Shown here: positions 1 to 13,099 of the stretch, piece by piece
Layout: every line of letters starts with the position of its first letter
Position numbering within the stretch: the stretch's first letter is position 1
Assembly: GCF_009914755.1 (NCBI RefSeq)
Contig: NC_060942.1
Length of the DNA: 64,000 nucleotides
Source of the DNA: the human T2T-CHM13v2.0 reference genome, Homo sapiens
Strand: one strand, 5' to 3'
Notes under the pieces: model-generated
The model's database searches: none
Seen by the model: only the letters and a program-made list of their open reading frames with translations
What the model was told of the DNA's origin: nothing
Made by a program: the position numbers and the translations under genes

Positions 1-240
1 GTTTCGTGGAGTCTTTCGCAGACCACATGTCCTTGACACACACACTCATCTATCTTCTAAAGACCTGTGTGAGTATGCTGGGCCCACCCGAATAATCCAG
101 GACACTCTATTTTAAGGTCAGTCGATTAGCAACATTATTTCCATCAACAAACTTAATCCCCCCTTACCATGTAGGGAACATATTCACAGGTTTGGGGGAT
201 TAGGACATGGACATCTTTTAGGGGAGGCAGTTTTCTTTCT
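1..240 (-). mobile_element. MaLR LTR (MLT1D/E-like), 5' part; continues off the window edge
   Basis: Reverse complement reads AAAGATGTCCATGTCCTAATCCCC..ACCTGTGAATATGTT..TTGCTAATCGACTGACCTTAAAATAG..CCTGGATTAT, matching the MLT1 LTR 5' end. Confidence 0.8.
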
Positions 241-718
241 TTCATAACTGGTTACAATTGACTTCTGCTCCTTGAAATTTGTCCCTTTCCTCCTAATATA
301 AGAAATATGAGCTGGAAAGACAGCTTCCAACTTCAGGTAAAGCTGGCCTTCTCGCCTGTCACCTGAAGTTCCTACATGGACAGACACTGGCCTAAGTTTC
401 TCATAAAGAACCAGCAGATGCCAGCTTTCCAGGAAGCTCCCTCCCCCAGTAACCAGAAGCCTCTTCAAGGACCCTCTGTCCTTTGAAGACCTCACTCTTA
501 GATCATATTTCTGGTCTGAGGGAGCCTCTGTTCATGGCGCAGTGCTGTGGCCAAGAGGCTGATATGCCTAGACACCACAAAGAATCCTGCTGCTGGGTGC
601 GCTCTGCACCCACCCCACAAGGATTTTATGACACCCTCCAGGATTCCACTCTTGGGAATGGCCTCTAGAGTAAGAATTTGCCATCTAAAATAGTTTGAAC
701 AATGGAAACAAGAATCCA

Positions 719-774
719 TATGTGTGTGTGTATGTGCGTGTGTGTGTATGTGTATGTCTCTGTGTGTGTGTGTA
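719..774. repeat. Interrupted (TG)n microsatellite
   Basis: Seen directly. Confidence 0.95.
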
Positions 775-1162
775 ATTTGTAAGACGGAAGGAGGAAAAGT
801 TTGCCAACCACCTATCACAAGGTGATAGGCACTGCTCTGCGTGCCATGCCACCAATCCCATGCTCTGCACAGCAGGCTGCTATAGGGCTGCATTCTGGAT
901 CCACCCCTGTGCCACTTTGGCCAAGCTACGGCAGCTCCTTGAGCTTCAGTTTTGTTGTTCCCCAAATGGGAAAGGCTAATTTGAAGAGTGAGGAAAAGCT
1001 GGCAGGTGTGTAGCTCCCTACTCCTCCCTGCACCACTTGCCTCTCCCCTCCCTTCTAACTCAGTTTTCCACACTTCTCTCTCATTCTCATTCTGCTTCAT
1101 TTCTTTCCAAAGAGCCTAGAAATAACATGTTGCTATTTTCAGCACCCCTTTCCCCCATCCTG

Positions 1163-1214
1163 ACACATATACGTATACATATACACATACACACAAACAC
1201 ACATGCACACACAC
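1163..1214. repeat. Interrupted (CA/TA)n microsatellite
   Basis: Seen directly. Confidence 0.9.
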
Positions 1215-2033
1215 TGGATAGAGATGTGGAGATGGTGTGGCGATGCCTTGTCCTCCCCAAGTCAAGCCTGGTTTGTGCATGGAGAGGAGCTAAACCCACA
1301 AGAAGAAGAAACTGAGCACACAGCAGGAAGGCTTGAGCATTATGGCTGTAGGAGGGGAAGTATTTGGGATCATTTGAATTAACCATCCACACAGCTTTCT
1401 GATTTGAGAGCCCCATTCCATCACCCTGGCCCAGTACTGCTCTGCTGTGTCCTAAGCTCTTTCTCTTCTACCATAGGGATGCTGAGCAGGTGAGCAGCAC
1501 CACAGAGTGGGGAGTAGAGTGGGGGGATTGGTCAGCTGCTGAATCCACCAGCAATGATTTCTGGACCAGAATCAGCCCAAACAACATCCTTCCCTACTGG
1601 AAGAACCTACACACAAAGTGCCAGACAAACACGGCTCTTCAGCACTCCCTGATGGGTGCTGTGCTTCTTTCTAGACCCCATTTATAAATTTGAACTGAAC
1701 AGATGTATTACATGGAATACTTTAAAACATTATTAGGAACAGCTTTTGCATTAGTGGTAATAAATCCATACCGGCAGTTACTTCTTATTTTTGCCTGTTT
1801 GATAACTTGAAAAACAAATTCTTTTCCAGAATAAATTTGGGTAAATGGATTGGTGCCCTCTTTCCTTCACTACTCCTCTTCCCTCCTTACCAACCTACTG
1901 GTGCCCATGCCACCAGCCCTGCCCCACAGCACTGCTCAAGATGGAGGGAGGAAGGAGGACAGTGGAGATCTGCTTGGCTCTGACCCCAAATCCACTGTGT
2001 GATCTTGAAGGATTTGGGTATGCTCAGTGCCCC

Positions 2034-2870
2034 TGTGTTTGGTTGCTTTGCACACAGCTCACAGCTTCCAGTGGTCCCTGCCTCCCAGTGTTCATGCCCT
2101 GTATGGGCTGGACCTAGCGATATGCTTCTAGTGAATGGAATACCACAAAGGTGGTGGGTTGTCACTTCTGAGGTTAGGTTATCATGATGGGTAATATTAT
2201 CAACTTGATTGAAGGCTGCAAAGTATTGTTCCTGGGTGTGTGCCTTTCCACGTTCTTCTGCCTGCTTTTATTCTGGCCGTGCTGACAGCTGATTAGATTG
2301 TGTACACCCAGACTGAGGGTGGGTCTGGTTTCCCAGTTCACTGACTCAACTGTTAATCTCCTTTTGCAACACCCTCACAGACACATCCAGGAACAATACT
2401 TTGCATCCTTCAATCCAATCAAGTTGACACTCAGTATTAACCATCACAGTTATAAATGATTCTGATGTTCATCATGCAGCACTCTTTCTCTTGCCTTCTT
2501 GGCTTGGGGGCTTTAATGAATCAAGCTGTCATGGTGGAGAGATCTACATGGCAAGAAACTGAGGGTAACCTCTAGCTGATAGCCAGTGGGGAACTGAGGC
2601 CCTCAGTCCAACAGCCCAGTGAAGAACCAAATCCTGCCAACAACTACTGTGTGAGCTTGGAAGCAGACCCTCCCTCATTTGAACCATGAGATGACTGGCT
2701 CCTGTGGCTACCTGGATACAGCCAGTGAGAGACCCTGGAGGAGAAGACCCAGCTAAGCTGTGTCCAGATTCCCAACCCACAGAAACTTGGAAATAATAAT
2801 AAATCATAAATGTGTGTTGCTTTAAGATGATATTTTTTGGGGCAATTTGATACGTAGCAATAAACTAACA
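2034..2870 (+). mobile_element. MaLR LTR (MLT1F-like), interrupted at 2183-2448 and apparently inserted in a MIR
   Basis: GGAACTGAGGCCCTCAGTCCAACAGCC..CTGCCAACAAC..GAGCTTGGAAGCAGA..ACCCACAGAAAC..TAGCAATAAACTAACA; MIR-like sequence on both flanks. Confidence 0.8.
2183..2448. mobile_element. MLT2A (ERV-L) LTR-derived fold-back element: about 60 bp of LTR 5' end forward plus about 205 bp of LTR 5' end reversed, TSD GTTAT
   Basis: Both ends match TGTGATGGTTAATA..TCAACTTGATT..GAAGGATGCAAAGTATTGTTCCTGG; GTTAT at 2178-2182 and 2449-2453. Confidence 0.85.
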
Positions 2871-4039
2871 TACCCTTTATGGCTCCAATCTGTAAAATGG
2901 AATTATTCCCACCAGTCTTCCTAAGTATAGCAGGAAACATGGGGATGTTAAGATGTATTTGAATACTGAAACCTTATTGTGGTGGCATCAATAATGGTCA
3001 GTCACTGATTTATTTCATAAATACTTACTGAGCACCAGTTATGGTCAGATGCTGTATTACCAACGTGAGCAACAAAGATAAATCTTTTGATGAGGCCATG
3101 GTCTTTATGAGGAGAGTCACATATTGTTTGGAAACAGTGAAATACAATGTGTTAAATGTTTTGAAATGTCCTCAAAATGTTTTGGGAGCCCAGATACCAA
3201 ACGCAGCCACATACAATAAAATTTCTCACCAGAGTAGCAAAAATTCCTGGAAACTTTTAGGGACTCCTCATTTCCCCTATCGCAGTGAGAGCTTCAACAA
3301 GAAAGAATGAGTTGAAGAAGGACAGAAGGCTTAGAACTTGAAGAAGTCTTTGAGTACAATCTCAGGTATGCATGGGATGCACTTTGGCACTTTGAACATG
3401 CTTTTAATAGGGGCCCCCCAGTAAACCCCGCTTTTCCAGACACTGGGCCTTGGTCCCTTAATGTGCTCCATCTGCAGCAGTCTCTGTCCTTATAGATGAT
3501 TCCTAATGCTTCTAAAGATTCCCATAATTTCTCCCTCACATCTGACGCCAGACAGCCCATGGAACAGGAACTACATATTTCAGTGCCAGATTCTCTTTTG
3601 TTTCAAGTATAGTGTTCATTTATCCATTCATTACTCTCTTCAACAGCAAAGAAATGGGGGTCCCAGGCATCCTGAAACTGAGAGCAAGGGAGTGGGCAAA
3701 AAAGAGGATTTGTTGAAAGTCTGCTTGAGTTGTTAGTTCTTCAGAACCCCTCCAGTACCCAGCTCCACACTGTGATAGGAAGAGGGAAGTTTAGTCTCTG
3801 GATAAATTGAACTACAGAGGTTCAAATTCTGCATCATTGGCCATAATGGGGGTGTTGGGGCTGGGTGGTGCCTTAGTGCAAATAGTGATTAAACTCATGG
3901 CTCATGTTGCTCCCACGTGGATGAGATCTGAATCGGTCATCTACATCACTGAATGCTCACTGATCCAGCATTACCTGAGTGCAGAATATCCCCACTGGGA
4001 AATTCCAGCATTATAGCACTCACAATCATGCAATCCCAC

Positions 4040-4245
4040 GCAAGTCCCATCAGCATCATTTTGCTCTCCAGACCTCCAGGCAGAAAGTCCCTCAGGGCCT
4101 TTGCACTGGCTCTTCCCTCCTGCAGGAATGCTCTCCCCATATATTGGTATGGCTGACTCACTCCTTCACTTCAAGTTGTTGCTCAGACTTCATCTTCATA
4201 ATAGGTTCTCTTCTGGTCATGCTATTAAAATTGCAACCCTCCTCC
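4040..4245 (+). mobile_element. L2 LINE fragment
   Basis: CTCAGGGCCTTTGCACTGGCTCTTCCCTCCTGCAGGAATGCTCTCCCC, typical of the L2 3' region. Confidence 0.75.
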
Positions 4246-4344
4246 AAACAAATGGCATGAGCAATGTTTGGCACATATTTCCTTTGATACATTATGCTTT
4301 TGGAATGAGGTGAAATGTTTGAGCAGAGGCTGGAAGCCCCTATA

Positions 4345-4749
4345 TTTTTCAAATTGTGGTAAAATATATATAACGTACAATTTGCCATTTTAACCATTTT
4401 TAAGTGCAAAGTTCAGTGGCATTAAGTACATTCATATTGTTGTACAACCATCACGACTGTCCATTTCTAGGGCTTTCTCATCATTCCAGACCAAAACTCT
4501 CAACCCATTAAACAATAACCCTTCATCCCCCCTTTTCCCCAGCTCCTGGCAATCACTGGTCTACATTCTATGTCTATGAATATGACTACTCCAGGTACTT
4601 CGTGTAAGTAGAGTCATCCACTATTTGTCCTTTGTGTCTGGCTTATTTCCCTTAGCATAATGTTTTCAAGGTTCATCCATGTTACAGTATGGGCCAGAAT
4701 TTCCACTGTATGTAATACCACATTATATTATCCATTCATTTGTTGATGG
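4345..4749 (-). mobile_element. L1MB-type LINE-1 3' end
   Basis: AATTGTGGTAAAATATA..GCCATTTTAACCATTTTTAAGTG..GTTCAGTGGCATTAAGTACATTCA..GGCTTATTTC..AAGGTTCATCCATG. Confidence 0.85.
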
Positions 4750-6004
4750 TGGAAGGCCATGTTGATGGTGGAAGGCTCAAAGCATTAGTGTATTGGATGG
4801 CAGGTGGACTCAACCACCTGTCACGACCCTCCTGATGGATAAGAGCCACCAAGTTTTCTCTCCCACAGATTTGTGGTGACCACTTGCTAAGGCAGAGAAA
4901 ACTCTGGACAATTAGAGGAAGTCCAAAAACTTTGGGTATGAAATTATTTTTCCTTCTCCAAGTACTACAGTGGAAGTTAGAAGTAGAAATAATTTAGTGA
5001 AAGCTATGAGGATGAGTTAGTTATCTACTTTATGCTTCATAAATAATGAAAAATGGACGCTATGTCTCCAAACATTATTTATATCAATTCTTCATTGGAT
5101 AGGTGACTTCAGGCTAAATGCTAAAACCAAAAAACAAAACCTGAAATTAAAAAACTGTGGTCAGGAGCAATTGCAAAATCACTTCTCTAGAGAGCTCAAG
5201 GGGATTTCGACTCGATTTCTGGTACAAGGGTGCCCGAACTGCCAGTGGGCTCAGGACCCCTGAGGTTCACTCAGATGGGGCACCTTCTCCTTCCACTTTT
5301 CTTATCCTGTCTTGTTTTTTTTTGTTGTGTTTTTCACCTAATAATATACCTAGGGATAATGTTCATTTAAAGGGGACTTATATAAGGTCTTTTTGTTTTC
5401 TGTTTTGAATTTGAAACTCTCTATATAGTTTCTTCCTTCTTGGATGTGTTTGACACAGTTCTTGGCACTAAGGGTGCTCTGTAAGACAATGAAGTCATCT
5501 TCAGCACTCTCCTGGTGGCCTTCCTGGGGCCTCTCTCTGCCTCTCTGTCAGCCACCAAGGGCCTGCAGAGCATGCGAAGGTTGACCCTGCTTGCCTCTCA
5601 GGGAAGGCTTTCCCCAGGGCTCTCCCTCCCTGAAGGCAGGACAACCTGGGTGCGAGTCTGTCTGCTTCCCTGCTTTGCACCGATGTGTTGTGGAGAAGAG
5701 CATAATTTGACTGTTAACAGAAAAGCTGTGGAAAAAAAGGGAAAAACTGATGAATTATAGAGGGCGTGTTTGGAACTTGAGATGCAGGGTCCATTTCTCT
5801 GAGAACGTGGTGAGACCATGTGACCACTCCCACAACCAGCAAGGGTAGGATTTGAAGAGGAGGAAGAGTCCTGGGTTAGAGCTCCATATGTGCTCTCCCA
5901 CAGAAACATGTTGGGGTCTAGGGTTCTATTAGTACCGTATTGCACTCCAGTTTCATGGGCTTCAACAGGCTTCTGTGGGCTGCCTGGGGGACCTAACTAC
6001 CACG

Positions 6005-6105
6005 CACAACATGGTTTCTATGGGAAAATGCATTTTGAGTACTAGAAAACTGACATACACTCAAACTTTTGGAACAGAGCCTGCTCTTAAGTTGGAGACT
6101 GCTTG
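6005..6105. mobile_element. Tigger-family (TcMar) DNA transposon end fragment
   Basis: TGGTTTCTATGGGAAAATGCATT..AACTTTTGGAAC..TAAGTTGGAGACTGCTTG resembles a Tigger15/16-type terminus. Confidence 0.5.
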
Positions 6106-7489
6106 AATACCACATTCACAGCTAAATTATATACATAGGCCTATTTTTAAGACATATGCCTATTTCCAAGATATTCAGCTTACGTAACAATGGGAATTGG
6201 AAGAAAGAATTGATAGAAGTAGAATCATGTGCTCGATGGGGAAGAGGGGGAAGATGTGAACATTTGCTGTACAGAATACATTCATTTTTATTTGGAAGGA
6301 GAGTAGAGGACACAGAGAGAATGCCTAAAATATTCTCTAGGTTTGTGTGGTCCACCCCATGGGACCTTTCTTTAAGCCACTTCATATGCATATAGTTCTT
6401 AATTTTGAGACAAATAGTTGAATACTACAGTAACAGACAAGATTGCATTAAATTAAGAGGTCAGAGTATGACCAAGGCCTGCATTTTATAGGATCTGCCC
6501 AAGCCATGTAGCACCTCCGGTCCCTGTATCCCCTCAATCTGTGGGCTTCCAGCATGATACATGAACTCCCTGCTGCCAGATCTGGATTTCCTTGCCCCAA
6601 ATGGACTTACCTTGCAGGACCCACCAGTGGTTTTGCTCTGGGCCATGTCTTGAAGACAGTTTTCTAGAATTCTCAGTTACTTAAGGCCAACACCCATATC
6701 CATTGGCCGGCAACTCAGTAATGAGTACTGAGACTAAAAATGAACCAACCTAGATTTACTTCATTTTGCTTTACTTCAAATAACTCATTTCAACTCAGTA
6801 ATTTATGGAATTACATTAATTAATTTTTATTTAACTACTTTAAATCAACCTGACAACAAGTCAGCTCAGGTGAGAATTGAATTCAAAACCCCAAACACTG
6901 ATTAAGCAACCCTAGTTGGCTGTTACTATGTTCTTAATTACGAAAAGTAATGAAGATGGTTCAACTGGCCTTTGGGTTGGCAGAGAGCTGTGGGATGAAT
7001 ATTCTCCTCCTCTCCAACTGTGTGTATTTTATTCATAGACTACCCTGGTATTCTAGATAAAAATAACTAATGTAAATGCTGTTGTTTTTCAATTGTGAAT
7101 TTAGGAAACAGAATTTTAGTTCTGATTCATGCCTCATGTTTGGAATAGAGTAGCTGGTGTCTCAAGATACTAGGAAAGATATGGAGGAAAAGAGGACAGG
7201 ACCAGTACCTGAATTCCTGAAGAAAGCTGACCCTTCCTCATGGTGGGCTCACCATGGAATCTGGCCTCCATTCTCCATGCTGCAGTGAGCAGGTGTCTTC
7301 CACATCCAGGAAGAAGAGACTCATGCAGAGTGTGTAGCTTCTCTATGCCTTACATTTTCATTAGCACATGCGTATTTCCCATGGAGATAACTACCCAACT
7401 CTAGAGGGATAGATCTGTCTGCTGATAGTACGGGTAGTGAGGCTAGGAGGGTGTTAGATAAGGATGTTTCATGGGGATGAAGGAGCCCC

Positions 7490-7600
7490 AGTAGAATGGC
7501 AAGAACTCTGGTCTGAGTTAGGAGACCTCAATTCTGTTTCCAGCTCTGTCACAAACCATCTGGGTGACCTTGTGCAGATCACTTGCTTTGTGATCTGGCA
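7490..7600 (+). mobile_element. MIR SINE
   Basis: GAGTTAGGAGACCT..CAGCTCTGTCAC..GTGACCTTG core. Confidence 0.65.
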
Positions 7601-7924
7601 AGTGGGCTAGTTGATTGCAAACATATCTTTTAACCCTACAGTCTGAGCCTGTGGTGGTATATATTGGGGCAGGGATAAGCTGACTGTGTCCTTGCGTCCA
7701 GCTCCTGCCAGCCCCAGCAATGGACACCTGAAGCTGGTGTGCCTTCAGCCCACAGCGCTTCAGTTTCTGCATCAACCCTGACCCAGCAGGTGAGCCTTTA
7801 GGTACCTCAGCCCCATGAACCAGTGGAGACTAAAATAGATAGTATGGTTGTGACCCTAAATGCCACTATTATAATTTTTCCTTCAACACCAGCAGCCCTA
7901 TCTCTGCCATCAGTACCAACATAA

Positions 7925-8075
7925 TAGTGTATATGCCAGGCTCTGTGCTTTTCATTCACTATCTCATTTAGTCTTCCTAACAGTTCCATAGGAAGGTCTC
8001 TCCCATATTTTTCAAATGAGGAACAGACTGGATGTACAAGCCATATTGACCTGATTCCAAAACTCATTCCCTTAA
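7925..8075 (-). mobile_element. MIR SINE
   Basis: TATGCCAGGCTCTGTGCT..ATCTCATTTAGTCTTC..TTTTCAAATGAGGAACAGAC. Confidence 0.65.
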
Positions 8076-11000
8076 TCCCTTAAGTCCAATTGATGCAATC
8101 ATTATGACTGGTTTTCTGTTGTTCTTTTCTACCTTGCCATCCAGTTCTTTGGAAGGGACAGAATGCTGGCTTGAAGTCCAGGCCCCTGGGTTTGGCCTTG
8201 ACTCTTTGGCAAGTTTCTGTGTAGACTCTCTGAGCCTGGATTCTGTTCCTTGCCTCCCAAACTTGTGGTTTGTGTCTGGCTCTTAATGAACCAAACACCC
8301 ACATCATGATGCCGTCCCCCAACCGAATTTGACAACACTTCCCATCTGGCTCACCCTGCTGTCACTTCTCATCCTCCAAGCTGTAGTTCTAGGGATCTAA
8401 GGGCTTGCTGGAGCCAGGGCTGACTTCATCACCACCCTTTAGGGCCCTTGGTCACGGACTTGAGGTTGTCCCTATAGTTCTCACAATTTCCCTAGCCCTC
8501 CTTTGGGCTTCTGTCCTCCTCCACCTCCCCTAATCCTGTGCATTCAGCATGATTTCCACCTGAGTTCAGCTGACTTGCCACATCTGGGGCCTGTGGGAAA
8601 GAATGGAGTGGGACATGGAGATCCAGCCTGGACTGGAAGGTGACCCCAGGGGTCCAACCAGCAGGAGGTGCTGTAGGGGTTACCCAGCAGTGCTCCATAA
8701 ATATACCTTTTGTTTTATTCATGTGTTCCTTTCCACCATCCCTTATTTCTTTGCTTGTGGAGAGCTCTTGAGCACAGAGCCACAGGGGAGAGAGGCCTTT
8801 TCACTGAGTTGGCCCAGTCTTGTTCTGTCTCTGCTCTTTGCAGAATTTGGTTGTTTTCCATCTTAATTATGCTCCTTGCATCAGTGGCTGGCAGGCACAC
8901 AACCTTTAGAGGAGTTTATCTTAAAAACCCACTCTCTCCTGAGAGAAGCAGTTCTATGGGGAACTGTGAGACTTCCAGGGATGGTTGTATATATTTGTGT
9001 GTAGGCAGTAGGGAGGTTGGTGACAGTTGCTTTCTCACTTACCATTTACCTTAGGGAGGTCGGAGCTTGCTAACACGGGCTGGGGCTACTTATGTGACCC
9101 CTAGTTTTGAGCCTCATTTAACACACAGAGCCACCACTATGGACTCAACTGGGGACAGTGATTATATTGTGAAGGGGAGCCAGGGATTGACAGTGGGTTA
9201 AATGAGTGACAGCACCATGAGTTCAGGTCACAACTATCTAACTTAATGACTAACTGTAACATATTTCTTTGGGTTAAAACTCTGGATTTCTGACTAAACG
9301 CAAATATTTTCTGGCAGAAATGACTGTTTTTAATTATCAGTCATTTATATTTTAGTATAAGTTACCTTTTAGAAGACTCAGTTACCAAGTGCATAGGTCT
9401 CCCCATATCTGGAAGAACTATTTAATTGGCCCAAATAGATAGTTTTCTTATTGAGCCTTTAATGTACTCATTTGGAATGTTTTTTGTACAACTACATACT
9501 CTGTTCTGTATAGGAAGCCCAAGAGAAGAAGAAGAACTCGTTCCTTGAGGACCTACGCTTCTCCATAGGAAACAATACAGCATGCCAGAGATAAATTATA
9601 GTTGGGAGCTAGACCGTGTGCTACAGAAGTAGCTGCACAATGATGTTGAATGAAGCAGGTACAGATGGGGCTAAGGTTAGCTCTGTGGAGGACCCAATAT
9701 CTGCCCTGGATTTTCACTCTTGAAATTGCCCAGATGAGGTTGATATGATTAAATATCAGAATGAATAGTACAGAATAAATATTGCAAAAGGAGAAAATGG
9801 GTGCACTGCAGGAACTGGAGAAAACAAAAGGCTTGTGTGAAATAGAAGGAAACTGGTGGATTCTGTGATAGTGATGCAAAGAGAAAGTCCTCACTTTTCT
9901 TCCCCTACCTAGCTGTCTGACTTTATTCTTTATTAGCAATGTCCATCGCTCATTTGAATATTCTAGCTCCTGCCCAATTTCCCCACTAACTTTTCGGGAA
10001 GGTATAATGCTCTGCCTACACATAGCTTAATATATGTATTGAATAAATTAACAAATGAATCATAAATAGTATTGAACACATCTGCTAGGTTGAGCTACTT
10101 AAGGAGCTTGACTTTGATTTTCCTGGACTAAAGTTGCTTTATCCCAAATCTGAAGCTGGAAAGGAAAGGATATCCTAATAGCAAATGCTACATTTTGATC
10201 ACTGGTCAATCTTCCCATTCTCTGTCTGTCTCTTGTGAGCGTTCACATGGCCTCATTCAAACTCAGTCAGCTGCAGCAATGATTCTTCCATTTACATGGC
10301 TAGATGCTGTGAGACAACCAAGCCAAAAAGATGCCACCCTTGCCCTCTAAGAACATAAAATTAGTAGTTAATTTTATATTATGAAAAGTGAGGAATTTCC
10401 TCAGGAAAAGAGGAATTTAGATCTAGCCTATAATAAAATTAGTCACCCAACAGGCATTCAACTCTGATTTCTTTATACGTGTCAATGCCGGGGCTCCTCG
10501 TTAGATTATATTCTCTTGGGGGGTGAATCAGCTGAGAAAGAGGACTAGATATTTCTAACCTGCTCTTAATACCCTCTGTGGCCATGGGCTCCTCCATCTG
10601 GCAGAGAATGTGCTCTTCACTATAACGCAGATACCACGATCTCTGTGTTAGGGATGCAATGGGCCCAACCTTACTATCTCCCAAAGCCCTGGCAGGTGAC
10701 TGAATGTGCAGTCCACAGCTTATAAAAGGCCGGATCAGTGGGTCCATAGGCTCTAGAGATCAGTTTCTCATTCTGGAGATCCCCTTGGTGTCCATCCATA
10801 TCCTGGATCAGGAGTCCTGTTTCACAGCTCAGTTCCCAGACATGTAAGAGGATTCTGGGACTGGGACCAACACTATGATGCTTTTCTAATCTGTTCTTCT
10901 CTCCACTGTCTTTCCTGTCTCCACCCAACCAGGAAAGCAGAATATTTAAACTTCTGCCAAACTCCCAAGAAGCTGACTTTGCAATGTGCAGTGTCATTCC

Positions 11001-12089
11001 TCAGGTTGTTTCCCGCCCATCAAATGCCAGTGGCCTGGATTGACCGTTGCCACTGTGCCTGGAGAGCCCAGGAAATACACTATGGTGATGAAAACGACTG
11101 TGGCAATCCAGCAGTCTGCTCTAACTGGATGATTGTAAGAGGGTAAAGAAGATAGTGCTGAACTTTGTGATGGTTTTATATTCCAGTAAACACCCAGTAA
11201 GACAACATTGGAGGCAGCAGGGCCCATATGGGTATTGGAGAAGCAACGGACAAAGTCAGACCCAGCCCAGTGGATGAGGGCAGGGTCTCACTAGTGTTGG
11301 TCTCACCAGTGTTGAGTAGAAGATGCCCGGAGTGAGTGAGACAACTTCCAGGACTAGAACTGTGCGTGGAGTCCAAACCAGGAGAGTTGGAGGAAAGAGG
11401 GCAGCTGAACATCATCTTTGTGGATGGAATCTTGCCAGGTGAGCCTTTCCCAGTCATGCTATGGTGCTGATAAAATGTGGGAACAACACAGATTTGGTCT
11501 CAAGTTCCATTTGTTGGGGTACAGTAGCTCTCTTTTGAGCTAGATTCCAGCTTTCTCTTATCGCAGGGTTAGCACCTAAGGTTTGGGGCCAGGGCTGGTT
11601 CTGCTCGACCACAACTCTTCCCTTGTGTACACCATACCAGACTGCTTCCTGTCCAGGGTCAGGCCCCAGCACAGCTCTGTGCATTCACTGTCCACCCAGC
11701 TGCCCCATTTGTCTCTTACAGTGAGCCCCAGCCACCTGCTGCAGCCCTGCCTCATTGCCTCTGTGTAATTCTCCCTGAAGCCCCCACAATGCAGGACAGC
11801 ATCACAGGGAGCTTAGATTAGTTGCTGATTGTTCTGTGGGTGACTCTGATTTCCTCATTTTGCTGGTATTTGGCTCCTTTTGTATTTTTTCACATTGAGA
11901 TCACAGGGCTGGGCCATGGTAGGTCCTCTGTCCTTTCCTTCCCATCATACTCATCCCTCGCCTCCCCGAAATTTCTCATGACAGTTGAGGGTGAGGAGGG
12001 AAATGGGGATAATGTACTTTTTCTGTCTTGCAGTAGAGCTAAGAAGACCCCATCCTAGGAGGGACTGAGCTGACTTTATTTCTCTTTAT

Positions 12090-12520
12090 CTTCCTCTTTC
12101 CTTCATCAAGTAACTAATGAATGCTTCAGTAGCTCTACTGGATCTTGGGACAATCTGGTAAACAGACAAGATACTTTCTTGGAGCTTGGAAGGGAATATA
12201 TTAAAACTGATAAACAAATACATAAAATGATCACAAACTGCTAAAAGAACTATGAAGGAAACAAAGAGTGCTAACAAAGAACTAGGAAGCGTTGGAGAAC
12301 ACAGTTGAGAATGAATGGTTAAGAAAGCCAAGACTCGAAGAATGAGATGGAGCCAGCCAGGTTCAGAACATAGCAGAGCAATGCGTAACAGAGAGCAATG
12401 CACAGCATGTGCGAAGGTCCTGAGTCAGAAAAGTGTTGGCTTATTGAAGGAAATAAAGGCATCTGTATGGTTGGAGAATGGGCAAGGTGGAAACAAGTTA
12501 CAGAAGAGGGGCTTATTGTG
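12090..12520 (-). mobile_element. L2 LINE fragment
   Basis: Degenerate antisense L2 3' end (CTGGAGCTT..CAGCATGTGCGAAGGTCCTGAG). Confidence 0.6.
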
Positions 12521-12525
12521 GGAAC

Positions 12526-12935
12526 TGTATTAGTTAGCTTTTGCTACAAAACAAACAACCCCAAAACTTAGTGCTTAAAACAATAGTGATTTATTATATC
12601 TCATGATTCTGTGGGTTTCTTCTCATCTGGTCTTGCTTGGATAGGGCTGGATGATCTATAATGATCTCACTTACATGTCTAGGGCCTCAGCTAAAATGGC
12701 AAGCATGGTGGGAATGGCTGGGCCTCTCTTGGGGTCTCTTGTCATTCTATAGAAAGCTCAGGCTTGTTTAGATGATGGTTGGAGGATTCCCAGCAGCAAG
12801 AGAAGGCAAACTCCATTGAGTAAGAGTGTTTCAAGCCTGTTTGTGTTACATTGGCTAATGTTCCATTGGCCAAAGCAAGTCACATGGCCAAGTCCTGAAG
12901 TGAAGTCCAGAAAAATCTACCTCGTGATGGCAGCA
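12526..12935 (-). mobile_element. MaLR LTR (MLT1H-like)
   Basis: TGTATTAGTTAGCTTTTGCT..CCCCAAAACTTAGTG..CTCATGATTCTGTGGG..CCATTGGCCAAAGCAAGTCACATGGCCAAG. Confidence 0.8.
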
Positions 12936-13034
12936 TCTAATAATATTAATGCCCCATTTTTCAGTATAATCTCAGGAATGAAAACAGAAGCTCTGTTTAT
13001 TAATTGGGTACTCGCTCCAAGCTGGGGGTTCATT

Positions 13035-13098
13035 CAGTTTCCTTCCTTCCCTTTCCTTCCTTCCTTCTTCCTCTTCTTCCTTCTCCTCCTCCTCCTTC
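13035..13098. repeat. Polypyrimidine (CTT/TCC/TTCC) low-complexity tract
   Basis: Seen directly. Confidence 0.85.
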
Positions 13099-13099
13099 T

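Noticed and set aside
498-1100. 200-aa minus-strand ORF, and the many other 60-150-aa ORFs
   Set aside because: They run through microsatellites or TE remnants with no recognisable domain, as expected by chance in six-frame translation.
4741-4777. Small tandem duplications (also about 51977-52012 and 54224-54266)
   Set aside because: Ordinary slippage-type duplications of under 20 bp.
11000-11445. Exon-like stretches with AG/GT ends and Cys-containing frames
   Set aside because: No recognisable protein in any frame, weak splice signals and no partner exons.
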